Assembly (NCBI GenBank): GCA_046350055.1
Contig: JAXMBC010000001.1
Coordinates: 3,646,660 to 3,710,659 of the forward strand
Source of the DNA: Gemmatales bacterium
GTDB taxonomy: Bacteria; Planctomycetota; Planctomycetia; Gemmatales; HRBIN36
Length of the DNA stretch: 64,000 nt
Direction of reading: 5' to 3'
The number at the start of each line of letters is the position of its first letter. Position 1 is the first letter of the stretch. A program made the translations under genes and the position numbers. This document shows, one piece after another, positions 29,806 to 39,749 of the stretch. The notes under the pieces are model-generated. The model did not search any database. It was given only the letters and a program-made list of their open reading frames with translations, and was not told the DNA's origin.

Positions 29806-31260
29806 CTACAATGTGCCAGTCCACTTGAGTATCGGTTCCCGTGCAGCTTTCGCTTCGTCTGGCCGGCATATGGGCAATGTCGTCGGGGCAGCCTGCAGTA
29901 GCGCCGGGTCTTCGCTCTTCATTTTGATAAGTGCATCCGCAAAAGCATCGAGCGTTTCCTTGCTCTCCGTCTCGGTCGGCTCCATCATCAGGGCTTCAGG
30001 TACGATGAGTGGGAAGTAGACCGTGGGGGCATGGAAGCCATAGTCGAGCAAACGCTTGGCAATATCCATCGCTGAAACGCGACGTTCACGGCGATCCTTC
30101 CTGGCACTGGCGACGAATTCGTGCATGCAGCGATCGCCGTGCGGGACTTCGTAGTAATCTTTCAAGCGTGCCAGCAGGTAATTAGCGTTGAGCACTGCCT
30201 GCTCGCTGATCTCCCGCAGGCCTTCCGGTCCCAGAGTACGGATGTAGATATAGCCTCGTACGAGAATACCGATGTTTCCATTGAAACTGCGGACCCGGCC
30301 TACCGACTTGGGACGGGCGGTATCAAGAGCATAACATCCATCAGATTTCTTGATCACAATAGGTGATGGAAGATACGGGGCAAGGAAGTCGCGTACGGCA
30401 ATGGGACCAGAACCCGGGCCGCCTGCGCCATGCGGGCCGGTGAAGGTCTTGTGGACATTGTAGTGCATCATGTCCGCGCCGAAGTCGCCTGGGCGTGTGC
30501 GACCGACGATAGCGTTCATATTCGCACCATCGAGATAGACCAAGGCTCCAGCTTCATGCAGCAACTTGGTGATCTCAAGGATCTTTACTTCGAACAGCCC
30601 GCAGGTGTTCGGGTTAGTAATCATGAAGACTGCTGTTTCGGGGCTCAGCTTAGCTTTCAGGTCATCGAAATCGACCAGGCCCTGGGCATCGCTCTTGACT
30701 GTCACTACTTCAAAGCCCGCGATCACAGCGCTGGCAGGATTGGTGCCATGCGCTGAATCAGGCACCAGCACCTTGGTCCGTTTTTGTCCTTTGTCTTTGA
30801 AGTACGCTGCAGCTACGAGAAGGGCAGCCAGTTCGCCTTGAGCGCCAGCGGAAGGTTGCAGCGAAACCGCGGGCAGCCCGGCAATCTCGGCGAGATATTC
30901 CTGCATGCCGTAGAGCAGTTCGAGCATACCCTGCGTGGAGGCATCAGGCTGCAGCGGGTGTAAATTGACAATTCCCGAGAGCGACGCCAGGCGTTCGTGG
31001 CGCTTGGGATTATATTTCATCGTGCACGAGCCAAGCGGATAGAAGTTGGTATCCACCGACATATTCAGCGTTGAGAGATTGACAAAGTGTCGGAGCACAT
31101 CACTCTCAGCCAGTTCGGGTAAGGGTAGAGTCTGTTCAGCGAGGAGATGCTTGGGAATGGCATTCTCGGTATGAGGCACATCACTGGCAGGCAGACGATG
31201 GGCTCGGCGACCAGATTTGTGGAGTTCAAACAGAAGCTGAGTTGATTGCCGCTTATCCAT
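29806..31260 (-). CDS. gcvPB: glycine dehydrogenase (aminomethyl-transferring) subunit 2
   Basis: LLFELHKSGRRAH.. start, a PLP-region NVHKTFTGPHGAGGPG, 484 aa. The start is set at ATG 31260. Confidence 0.85.
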   Translation of the reverse strand: MDKRQSTQLLFELHKSGRRAHRLPASDVPHTENAIPKHLLAEQTLPLPELAESDVLRHFVNLSTLNMSVDTNFYPLGSCTMKYNPKRHERLASLSGIVNLHPLQPDASTQGMLELLYGMQEYLAEIAGLPAVSLQPSAGAQGELAALLVAAAYFKDKGQKRTKVLVPDSAHGTNPASAVIAGFEVVTVKSDAQGLVDFDDLKAKLSPETAVFMITNPNTCGLFEVKILEITKLLHEAGALVYLDGANMNAIVGRTRPGDFGADMMHYNVHKTFTGPHGAGGPGSGPIAVRDFLAPYLPSPIVIKKSDGCYALDTARPKSVGRVRSFNGNIGILVRGYIYIRTLGPEGLREISEQAVLNANYLLARLKDYYEVPHGDRCMHEFVASARKDRRERRVSAMDIAKRLLDYGFHAPTVYFPLIVPEALMMEPTETESKETLDAFADALIKMKSEDPALLQAAPTTLPICRPDEAKAAREPILKWTGTL

Positions 31261-31500
31261 ACTGAGAAGCACTCGCCTGAGTAACAAAGGGACTTAGCAG
31301 ATTCTATGAAGTGTGTCCATGACGTGGAGTCGGTTAGCGAGGTTCCTGTACTCTGCAATAACGCTCTCCTTGTCCTTGGTGTCATTGTGGTTGCTAACTA
31401 ACCACAACGACGCCAAGTAGACAGAAAACTGCAAGCAGCTGTTGCTTTTCTCTAACTGGAATCGGCTACATTAAAAGCAAACATTCCATAGGTAATTCTC

Positions 31501-31986
31501 ATGCTCGACCACCAACTCACTATCTACCGCTTCATGTATGGCTACGGGCGCAAGCTCCTGGTCGACATATCAGAAGCTCAACTCAAGACGCCTGCTTTCC
31601 CCGGGGCTAATCCACCATCGTGGATTATTGGCCATCTGGCGGTTTCGACGGACTTCATCCTCAAATTGGCAGGCCAGTCAACACTGCTTCCCAAAACCTG
31701 GATGGTGCTGTTTGGTCCCGGCTCCGATCCGCACAAGCATCTCGACAAGCACCCCAATCGGACGGAACTAGTTGCTGCCTATGAAGCCGGGCATGAAGCA
31801 GTTTTTGTTGCTGTACCTAAGATGGATATGGAGAAACTGAAGGAGCCCAGTCCATTTCAACCGCTGATTAAAGAACTGCCGACTGCAGGTGATCTGCTCA
31901 CCCACCTGCTCACGTCTCACGAAGGCTTCCACGTAGCCCAACTCTCGGCTTGCCGTCGTTCTACTGGATTGTCGCCTCTCTTTTAA
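31501..31986 (+). CDS. DinB/YfiT-like superfamily protein
   Basis: 161-aa four-helix pattern with conserved His (IIGHLAVS.., LLTSHEGFHVAQLS). Confidence 0.6.
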   Translation: MLDHQLTIYRFMYGYGRKLLVDISEAQLKTPAFPGANPPSWIIGHLAVSTDFILKLAGQSTLLPKTWMVLFGPGSDPHKHLDKHPNRTELVAAYEAGHEAVFVAVPKMDMEKLKEPSPFQPLIKELPTAGDLLTHLLTSHEGFHVAQLSACRRSTGLSPLF

Positions 31987-32061
31987 TGTAGATTCACACT
32001 CCGCTAAATGGTCAATGGCAATGGGCGATCAGGCGTGCAATCGGGAATATGTTTGAGTCGT

Positions 32062-35000
32062 TTATTTCACGCGTGCTTGCAGATCATTACGAAACCGGCG
32101 GAGTTGTTCTTTTTTGTCGCTGGGGGCCAGTGCCAGGGAAATATCGAGGGTCCTCAGTGCTTCCTCCAGCAGTGGTTTAGCCTGAGCGTCGTTTGCTTCC
32201 AGTGCATCATCGCTAAGGAACTTGGCCAGGTAGGAAGCAAGTTCCCACTGGCCCGCTGTCGGCTGATTGGTTTTCAGCAAGGCTCGAATATCGTTCATGG
32301 TGGCCTGGCGATAGTTGGCTTTATCGGCCTGTGGTGCCAGCACAAAAAGCAGCAGCTTGGCTGTGGAACTTGCCTCCAGCGCACCAGCCTGATTCTGGCG
32401 CTGGGCAGCTGGAGTCAGCTGCAGTGCCATCTGGGCATCTGCTATACATTGTTCCAGCACGGGCTTGGCATCTTCCCACTTTGTTCCTGTATTAATCGGA
32501 CGGCGAGCCAGGGTGCTGCGGACGATGAGCGACGTTACATGTTCCACTTTACATTGATTCAGATTCGCTGGTATCACTTGATTGAGCAATGGCTGAAGAA
32601 CAGTTGGCTGGTTGTACAAGAGAGCAAGTGTCTGATTGAGAAAGTTCTTGCCAAGGTCAGGGTGACGGATCGCTTTGAGGAACTCCTCGTTGGCTCTTCC
32701 TGCATCGTTCTTCAAAAGATAATACCGGCCCAGCCAGAAGTGGGCTTCAGCCAGGTCAGTATCAAGCTTGATGGCTTTGGTCAGCTCTTCACGACCTGCT
32801 TCCAGTCGCATTGCATTGTTGCCGTCGTCTACGGCCCAGCGCACCAGGCAACGGCCGAGGTAGGCATGTCCCTGTGCCAGAGAAGGACGTGATGCCAACT
32901 GCTGGCGATAGGCTTTTTCTGCCTCGGCGTAAACGGTGCGGGCGGGAACGCCTGACAGTAAATTCCCCAGACGTTCTTTGGCTTGTCCCAAGGCTCCCCA
33001 TGCTGATTCATAGGAGGCGTCCAGTTCAGTGGCCTTCACTGCATCGGTAACAGCGTCCTGAAATACATAGCGACGTTGCTCATTCTCGACGGGAGTGAAA
33101 TCCCCCAGCATAGAGCGTGCCAGGCTGCGGTTGCTTCGGTATTGTGCGAGCATCCTGTCGCGAGGGTTCTGTTGCTCTGCCAGGGAGATAGCCTTGTCGT
33201 AGGCAGCGATGGAATCACTCAAGGTGCGGCGGATGTCAGTTTCACTGGTCTCTTGAGCCAGGCGATAGTACTTGGCCAATCCGAGAATGTTCCAGCCACC
33301 ATGGAAGGAGGGATCGGCCAGAGTAGCGGCGCTGGCATTAGTGGAAATAGCTGCGATGTCCGAAGGAGCGAGGCTGCCTAGACGATTGAGGCACTGACCC
33401 TGTCCGGTCAAATACTCGGCCTTAATGCGGCCACCACCGGGGAACAGCTTGGCTGCTTCCGCATAGGCTTCCGCTGCCACACGCAATGGTTGTTTGTTAC
33501 CCGTCCCGGGCCAGGCTTCATAGGGCGATTGAAAGATCAATTCACCATATGCAGCTTGCAGCGCTGCAAGTTGTGTATTACGAGTGGGATTCGCCTTGAT
33601 CGTGGCAGCGACTTTCTGTCCGGGATCAATGATACGCTGGTAAATGATCAACGGGCTGGTCGCCTCAAAATGAACCCGATGGGTTTTAAGGTAATTCCAG
33701 ATCTCAGCATACACGTTCAGTGCAGACGCAGGCTGTTTAGCTTTGACAAGTGAATCGGCCAGTTTCAACTTGAGACTTGTGACGACAATGGCACCCTGTG
33801 GCTTGCGTGCCCACTCTTCCTGCAACGTAGGAGTGAGAATAGCCTGCAGAGTTAAAGGATCCTTTGGAACAGGCCCTTGCACGGCCAGAACCAGGGATAA
33901 CAGAGAATTAGTTTGGGCTTTGCCCATGAATCGCTCTGCAACACCGAGCCAGGTAGGGACAGGTTCTGAGAGAACAGTTGTCAACGATCGAGCATCAGCC
34001 TGATAGCTCACTCGTTGGGCGGCTTCTTCGAGGATACTTAAAGCACGTTCGCGTCGGAAACCTGAAAGCGAGATGTCCTGCTTGAGCGATTCTTCCAGTG
34101 CAGCCACAGCTCGCAATGGCTCTCGCATCTCCTGCCAGTATCGAGCCTGCACGTACTGTAAGTAAGCAGTGCGATCCTGGAGTTCGACACCCTGGCGAAG
34201 GAATTGTTCAGCAAGGGCAGGGTTCTTCTGGTCGCCTTCCAACATACATTCTGCTCGGAATGCAAGCAGCTTGGTGGAAATAGCATTGCTGGGTACTTGC
34301 TCCAGTTCACGATAAGAGCGACTGAATTCCGCAGGCACCCGAGTGCTCGTGATAATGCGATCCAGGCTGGTCTGAAGGAAGTTGGGGAAGCCAGGGTCGG
34401 TGATGTTCTTGCCCAGCACAAAAATAGGAGCAGGAATAGGTTTGGTAGGTGTGGGTGAGACGATCAGGTCTGGCACTTTCATCGGTGGAGGGCTGGGGCG
34501 ATTGTCAGCTGCTGTGATGATGTCCGGAGCACGGTAACTTGAATTGTTGAGTTCCGCCTGGCGTGCAGGATCATAAACTGGGCCGACAAACTCACGTGTG
34601 GTGTTGTCGGGCATTGGTTCAACCGTGGTACTCGACGCCTGGGCACTTTCCGTATTTCCACTGACCAAGCGATATACCAACATGGCCATGCCGATTCCGA
34701 CGATGAAGACCATCGCAAGTGGCAGTGCATAATGCTTCAGTGGCTTGGGAGCAGTCTCTGCTTCTGCATTGACTGCGGCTGGCGCAACGGGCATGACAGC
34801 CGTGGGCGCAGATGGCTCAGGATCAGTATCTCGTTCGGCATGGTGGACTGGAGCCGGATAGATCTCTCCGGGTCGCAGAGCCACATTCATCGTCGACGGT
34901 TCGCGAGTTTCTGCTGGTTTTTGGACAGGTCCGTGACGCGGCGTGGCTGGTTGCAGTTCTGTCGCAGGATCTTGGTGGCGAGGGGTATAGCCTGGCGCAG

Positions 35001-36945
35001 CTAGCGGTTTGTGGACAGCCGGTTCATCCATCTCATCATCAGCATCAATCAGCAATTCACCCGTCGCTGGCACTGCCTTCATCAACGCGTTAACAAATGC
35101 CTGACAGCTTTCATAGCGTTCTTCTGGAATGACACTGGTAGCTTTGGCAACCACTTGCCGTTCAGCTTTCAGCAGCACCGAAAGGTCCAATTGTCCTTCC
35201 AGTTGACGCATCATCTGGTCATAGGCTGAGCAATCGGGACCATAAGGCAACTGGCCAGTACGGAGTTGGAAATAGGTAATAGCCAGCGAATACTGATCAG
35301 ACCACTTGGTGACTTTGCCCCGCAATACTTCCGGTGCAGCATAGTGGAACGTGAAGCCGACAGAATCCTGTTTAATCTCTGCACTGATGTTTTCTGTTTC
35401 CAGCACCTTTGCTAGACCAAAATCGGTCAGCTTCACAGTATCGTTTGCCAGCATGATGTTATCAGGCTTTACATCACGATGCTGTATTGAGACGAGTCGA
35501 TTGCCCTGCTTGTGTCGGGGTTGATTGAGGTAGTCAAGAGCACCGGCCACCTGGCTCAGATAGCCAAGTAGTTCCTTGACTGGGATGCCGGGTTTGCCCG
35601 CTTCCTTGTGCTTTTCCAGAACCTGGGACAGGTTCTTGTCTGCCAGCCGAGTGGCAATCACCAGCGTGGCGGGTGTCGGGGCTCCGGCATGCCCTCGCAG
35701 CTCATCAGGAATGATCTGGCCATGTCTGTCAAGCAGCCAGTAGGCTCGCAGTTCCATCAGGCTATTGTGGCTGATGTTCTGGATGATTTCTAATGCACGA
35801 AACTCCTGCTTGCCACGCCCGCTAGCTCGGTCCAGATCTTTGATGATCTTCAGTGCAATCGGAAGTCTGCCGGGAGCCTGCGACTGCCACACTTCACCAT
35901 ACGCGCCGCGCCCGATCAGCGAAATCAGCTTATGCCCGGGCACAATCTCCCGATTGGGTTCTATGACCAATCCGTCAGTTGGACCTGAGCCGGTGCGTTC
36001 GATGGCGCGGCGAAGTTCGCGGGCCAGATCCTGGCAATTGGCGAACCGTGCTTCCGGACGACGACTGACTGCACGGCGAATCACCTGCTGTTCTGCAGTG
36101 CTCAAGCGAGAGAGATCGAGTCGTCCTTCGAGCGCCTCGGTCAACACCACGTTGGCATCATTCATCGAGAAAGGCAGGGCACCTGTTCGCAGATAGTGGT
36201 AGGTGATGGCCAGAGAATACTGGTCGCTGTACGGGCTGGGCTTGCCTCCATCGAGCATTTCCGGTGAACTGAATGCTACCGTCATTCCAGCAGCACCCCG
36301 ATCCATTTCGCCCAGGACATGGCGCAACCCGGCATCGCATACCTGGGCAGCTCCACCAACGATCAAAATATTCTGTGGTTTGATGTCGCCATGCGGCAGC
36401 GTCTGAAGCCCCTTGCCCAGATCATGTTTGGGGGCGTTGAGGTGATCAATGGCTCGGGCAGCATCTTCGATGTAACTGATGAGTTCAACGGATGGGATTC
36501 CTTGCTCACCTTTGTCTTTGCATTCAGTGAACCGTTCGAGAAGGCTCTTGTCACCCAACCCCATGGCAATGAACAGCGTTTCAGCAGTAGGTTTCAAGTC
36601 ATCGAGATTAAATTCACCCAGTGTATGGGTGCTGCTTTTGTCGTTGTTGCCTACTCCAGACAGTTCCTTTTTCTTGAGGATTCCGCTGGCGCTGGTGGTA
36701 CTAAAGTCGCTGATCCACAGAGCAAGAATCGGGCACAGATTGGGATGTTTGATTTTCTTGAGGAGTTCAACGGTACGCAGATTAGTGAAGCCAGGTTTAT
36801 CATCCAATCGGATGATCTTGAAAGCTACTTCCGTGCCTCCCGGACCATGGGCTTGCCACACATCCCCAAACCCACCTTTTCCCAGGAATTTTCCCAGACG
36901 ATAGCCACGGACGGGCTCATCACCTTGTTGGTAGGCACGGGGCAT
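32062..36945 (-). CDS. membrane Ser/Thr protein kinase with two tandem kinase domains, one TM helix and a ~850-aa TPR-like ectodomain
   Basis: Domain 1: GKGGFGDVW, AFKII, HGDIKPQN, DAG, SPE. Domain 2: GRGAYGEVW, ALKII, HRDVKPDN, DFG, APE. TM helix LPLAMVFIVGIGMAMLVYRLV. The start is set at ATG 36945 (MPRAYQQ). Confidence 0.85.
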   Translation of the reverse strand: MPRAYQQGDEPVRGYRLGKFLGKGGFGDVWQAHGPGGTEVAFKIIRLDDKPGFTNLRTVELLKKIKHPNLCPILALWISDFSTTSASGILKKKELSGVGNNDKSSTHTLGEFNLDDLKPTAETLFIAMGLGDKSLLERFTECKDKGEQGIPSVELISYIEDAARAIDHLNAPKHDLGKGLQTLPHGDIKPQNILIVGGAAQVCDAGLRHVLGEMDRGAAGMTVAFSSPEMLDGGKPSPYSDQYSLAITYHYLRTGALPFSMNDANVVLTEALEGRLDLSRLSTAEQQVIRRAVSRRPEARFANCQDLARELRRAIERTGSGPTDGLVIEPNREIVPGHKLISLIGRGAYGEVWQSQAPGRLPIALKIIKDLDRASGRGKQEFRALEIIQNISHNSLMELRAYWLLDRHGQIIPDELRGHAGAPTPATLVIATRLADKNLSQVLEKHKEAGKPGIPVKELLGYLSQVAGALDYLNQPRHKQGNRLVSIQHRDVKPDNIMLANDTVKLTDFGLAKVLETENISAEIKQDSVGFTFHYAAPEVLRGKVTKWSDQYSLAITYFQLRTGQLPYGPDCSAYDQMMRQLEGQLDLSVLLKAERQVVAKATSVIPEERYESCQAFVNALMKAVPATGELLIDADDEMDEPAVHKPLAAPGYTPRHQDPATELQPATPRHGPVQKPAETREPSTMNVALRPGEIYPAPVHHAERDTDPEPSAPTAVMPVAPAAVNAEAETAPKPLKHYALPLAMVFIVGIGMAMLVYRLVSGNTESAQASSTTVEPMPDNTTREFVGPVYDPARQAELNNSSYRAPDIITAADNRPSPPPMKVPDLIVSPTPTKPIPAPIFVLGKNITDPGFPNFLQTSLDRIITSTRVPAEFSRSYRELEQVPSNAISTKLLAFRAECMLEGDQKNPALAEQFLRQGVELQDRTAYLQYVQARYWQEMREPLRAVAALEESLKQDISLSGFRRERALSILEEAAQRVSYQADARSLTTVLSEPVPTWLGVAERFMGKAQTNSLLSLVLAVQGPVPKDPLTLQAILTPTLQEEWARKPQGAIVVTSLKLKLADSLVKAKQPASALNVYAEIWNYLKTHRVHFEATSPLIIYQRIIDPGQKVAATIKANPTRNTQLAALQAAYGELIFQSPYEAWPGTGNKQPLRVAAEAYAEAAKLFPGGGRIKAEYLTGQGQCLNRLGSLAPSDIAAISTNASAATLADPSFHGGWNILGLAKYYRLAQETSETDIRRTLSDSIAAYDKAISLAEQQNPRDRMLAQYRSNRSLARSMLGDFTPVENEQRRYVFQDAVTDAVKATELDASYESAWGALGQAKERLGNLLSGVPARTVYAEAEKAYRQQLASRPSLAQGHAYLGRCLVRWAVDDGNNAMRLEAGREELTKAIKLDTDLAEAHFWLGRYYLLKNDAGRANEEFLKAIRHPDLGKNFLNQTLALLYNQPTVLQPLLNQVIPANLNQCKVEHVTSLIVRSTLARRPINTGTKWEDAKPVLEQCIADAQMALQLTPAAQRQNQAGALEASSTAKLLLFVLAPQADKANYRQATMNDIRALLKTNQPTAGQWELASYLAKFLSDDALEANDAQAKPLLEEALRTLDISLALAPSDKKEQLRRFRNDLQARVK

Positions 36946-37099
36946 AGCATCCACGCAGCAGAGGGCGAAACTCTCGAAGTATAGCTTGTGCCGATGGCAC
37001 TTGCTGTACGTTCGGTACAATTTTTAACTTGTACCCTAATTTACCTATCTTATGGAAGAGCAATGTTAGATAGAGTATCTGTTTGTGAAAGTGGCCATC

Positions 37100-37849
37100 A
37101 TGAACATCCATATCGCAACAATCCCTGTGGAAATGGGACAGCAAGCAGCGGCTGCCGGTGCCTTGGCTATTCAACACAGCCTTGAGGATCGAGGGCTAGC
37201 CAGCATTATTCTTGCAACTGGTGCGTCCCAATTCACTATGTACGAAGCGTTGCTCCAGCATCCTGAGATCAATTGGAGTCGTGTTTCCGTCTTTCACCTC
37301 GACGAGTATCTCGGATTACCTTTTGACCATCCTGCTTCGTTCCGCAAATACCTATGGCAGCGATTCATCAGCAAATTGCCAATTGCACCACGTGCTGTCT
37401 ATTGGATTGATGGCGAAGCTGTGCCAGGTGCAGAGTGCAGACGGCTCAATAAAATAATCCAGCAGCATTCCATAGGTGTCGCCTTTGTCGGTATTGGTGA
37501 GAATGGACACTTGGCCTTCAACGATCCGCCTGCAGACTTTGCAACAGAAGAGCCGTACATCACCGTCACACTCGACGAAGCATGTCGACGACAACAGCTT
37601 GGCGAAGGCTGGTTCCCAACTTTCGATGATGTGCCTACGCAAGCTATTTCCATGTCGATCCAGCAGATCATGAAGAGCCAGCGAATTATCTGTACCGTGC
37701 CTGATGCGCGTAAGGCAGATGCGGTGAAACTCAGTCTGGAGGGGCCGGTCACCAATCTTGTGCCTGCCTCCATTCTTCAGCGACATGGTCACGTGGATTT
37801 GTTCCTGGATCAGTTGTCTGCCAGTTTGTTAAGACAAGATACCAAATAA
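37100..37849 (+). CDS. nagB: glucosamine-6-phosphate deaminase / 6-phosphogluconolactonase family protein
   Basis: ILATGASQFTMYEALL, VSVFHLDEYLGLP, GIGENGHLAFNDP. The start is ambiguous (GTG 37085 or ATG 37100). Confidence 0.7.
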   Translation: MNIHIATIPVEMGQQAAAAGALAIQHSLEDRGLASIILATGASQFTMYEALLQHPEINWSRVSVFHLDEYLGLPFDHPASFRKYLWQRFISKLPIAPRAVYWIDGEAVPGAECRRLNKIIQQHSIGVAFVGIGENGHLAFNDPPADFATEEPYITVTLDEACRRQQLGEGWFPTFDDVPTQAISMSIQQIMKSQRIICTVPDARKADAVKLSLEGPVTNLVPASILQRHGHVDLFLDQLSASLLRQDTK

Positions 37850-38219
37850 TAGTTCAACAATTATGGCGAGGTGCATCTCGGCTGGAGTAGTTCATTTTCA
37901 TGAATTCGCCTTGGGCTATCATGATTTAGCAATCAACACACCAAGCAATGACTGGGTTGGCACCCTTGTAGAATGCCGGAAAAACAGCGGTTTTCGTACG
38001 CTCAATCCATAGTCAATGACACGCTTGGTGCTGGGAATTGCAGGAACATTCATGATTACATCGCCTTTACTCATTATATCAATGAATAAATATAATACTA
38101 CAGTAATAAACAATTAATACATATTATGTTGATATAAAGTGTAGTTGCATTTACACTTCATTCCATGAATCATTCATGGCACGTCGCCATGGAGTTATTA
38201 CCCTGTGTTGGAGGATGGT

Positions 38220-39407
38220 ATGTCTCGTTTTTCGCCTTCGACGGCTGCCAGTCGCTCAGCGTTTACGCTGATCGAACTGCTCGTCGTCATCGCCATCATT
38301 GCGTTGCTGATGGCTCTATTGCTGCCTGCCATTCAGAAGGTGCGTGAAGCAGCCAACAAAATGCTCTGTTCTAGCAACCTGCGGCAGATCGCCATTGCTG
38401 CTCACAATTACCACAACGATTACAACAAGATTCCTCCGGGGGCTTTGCATTCGCTGAAGCCCAGCGGCGCATACATGACCTCCGGTGTGCAGAATGTTGG
38501 CTGCCTCTTTCTGCTTCTTCCTTACCTTGAACAGGACAACATCTTCAAGCAAGTAGTCGGTACCGGTACGCCACCCGGTGCTCAGGTGCCGACTGGTGGT
38601 GCTGGTGGCGCATTCAATACCAGTCTTAAGCAACTCATGTATGCCTGGTGGGTCAACGATATCAACCGTCTGGTATCTCAAGCCCGCATCAAAGCGTTTC
38701 TGTGCCCCTCTGATAACGCCAATGAGTCTACCACCGTCGGAGTTCTCATTAACATGGGGCATTGGGGCACGCAAATATCTCAAGGATTCATCTACACTGG
38801 TTCATTAGGAAGCCCCGCCAACGATCAGTTTGGCCGCACGAATTACACTGGTGTACAGGGATTGGTCACCCAGGGGTGGGGAGGCCTGGTCGGTGCTCCT
38901 TCCATGGACGTCTATAACGGCGTCATGGATAATCGCGCTGAATTGACTCTAGGTCAGTTGACCGTTCAGGATGGTACCAGCAACACCTTGATGTTTGGTG
39001 AAGGCCTGGGTGGCAACGGGGCTGGCGCTCGTGACTATGCATGGAGTTGGATCGGTACCGGTATGGTGAATCTGGTCCTCGGCCTGGGCAAAGCCAACAT
39101 TCCTTCCAATGTCGATCCCAGCACCGGTAACCCTGGTTCTCCTGGGACCTGGTATTTCTACACGGGCGGTGCAACATTGGGTAACTTCAGCTCTCGCCAT
39201 GCTGCTGGAGTGCAGTTCGCATTTGCAGATGGTTCTGTGCGAACCGTGCGCTATGGCAATGCTCGTCCTTTGAGCTTTGCCGATTGGTCCTGGGTGATAA
39301 CGTCACCGTTTCCTGCCGCTCGCCTCACATCTGATTACGGTATTTTGCTACAGATTGGTGGTAAACGCGATGGGTACAACAACGACACTGCATCCATACT
39401 TGACTAA
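38220..39407 (+). CDS. DUF1559 protein with prepilin-type N-terminal cleavage/methylation leader
   Basis: FTLIELLVVIAIIALLMALLLPAIQKVREAA leader and a C-terminal ..SRHAAGVQFAFADGSVR (H-X9-DG-like). GGAGGA lies 4 nt upstream of ATG 38220. Confidence 0.85.
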   Translation: MSRFSPSTAASRSAFTLIELLVVIAIIALLMALLLPAIQKVREAANKMLCSSNLRQIAIAAHNYHNDYNKIPPGALHSLKPSGAYMTSGVQNVGCLFLLLPYLEQDNIFKQVVGTGTPPGAQVPTGGAGGAFNTSLKQLMYAWWVNDINRLVSQARIKAFLCPSDNANESTTVGVLINMGHWGTQISQGFIYTGSLGSPANDQFGRTNYTGVQGLVTQGWGGLVGAPSMDVYNGVMDNRAELTLGQLTVQDGTSNTLMFGEGLGGNGAGARDYAWSWIGTGMVNLVLGLGKANIPSNVDPSTGNPGSPGTWYFYTGGATLGNFSSRHAAGVQFAFADGSVRTVRYGNARPLSFADWSWVITSPFPAARLTSDYGILLQIGGKRDGYNNDTASILD

Positions 39408-39460
39408 CCTGATGCCGATGGCATGTATGCCATCGGCATTCTCAATGGGAGAATAGTCCA

Positions 39461-39661
39461 ATGACACATCGATTGCTGATTGTCCTGAGTATTCTGATAC
39501 TTGGTACGTTGCTGGCTGGTTGCAGCAATAATAAGGGTGTGACCATGCCAAACAACACTGCTGCAGCGGCAGTGCCACCTTCACCGCAGGTGACGAGTGG
39601 AAGCCCTGGTGGAAGTGCATCGAATAGCCCGACTGGAGGCAACCCCAGTTTCGCCAAATAA
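39461..39661 (+). CDS. small lipoprotein (66 aa) paired with the DUF1559 gene
   Basis: Lipobox MTHRLLIVLSILILGTLLAGC with a low-complexity tail, followed by a strong terminator. Confidence 0.5.
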   Translation: MTHRLLIVLSILILGTLLAGCSNNKGVTMPNNTAAAAVPPSPQVTSGSPGGSASNSPTGGNPSFAK

Positions 39662-39683
39662 CATGCACAATCGTTAATGCAAC

Positions 39684-39716
39684 AAGCCCACAGTTCCCTC
39701 TGTGGGCTTGTTTCTT
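39684..39716 (+). terminator. rho-independent terminator (may also serve convergent rpsR)
   Basis: Stem AAGCCCACAG (39684-39693) / CTGTGGGCTT (39700-39709), loop TTCCCT, then GTTTCTTCT. Confidence 0.75.
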
Positions 39717-39749
39717 CTCACGGTGCAAATCAAAGGGTGTTCTGGTGGA

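Noticed and set aside
31261-31500. Glycine riboswitch expected upstream of gcvPB (minus strand)
   Set aside because: The reverse complement contains a GGAGAG but lacks the conserved ACCGAAGGGGCAA / CTCAGGCAA cores, so there is no convincing match.
32008-32892. 294-aa plus-strand ORF; similar long antisense ORFs occur at 26295-27065, 36319-36984, 5072-5629 and 58478-58984
   Set aside because: All lie entirely antisense to well-supported genes with clear family motifs. Their translations are low-complexity and Cys/Arg/Gln-rich with no recognisable domains, which is typical of shadow ORFs.
37919-38113. 64-aa minus-strand ORF in the AT-rich intergenic region
   Set aside because: It has no ribosome-binding site or family signal and its composition is driven by the AT-rich island, so it is probably non-coding.
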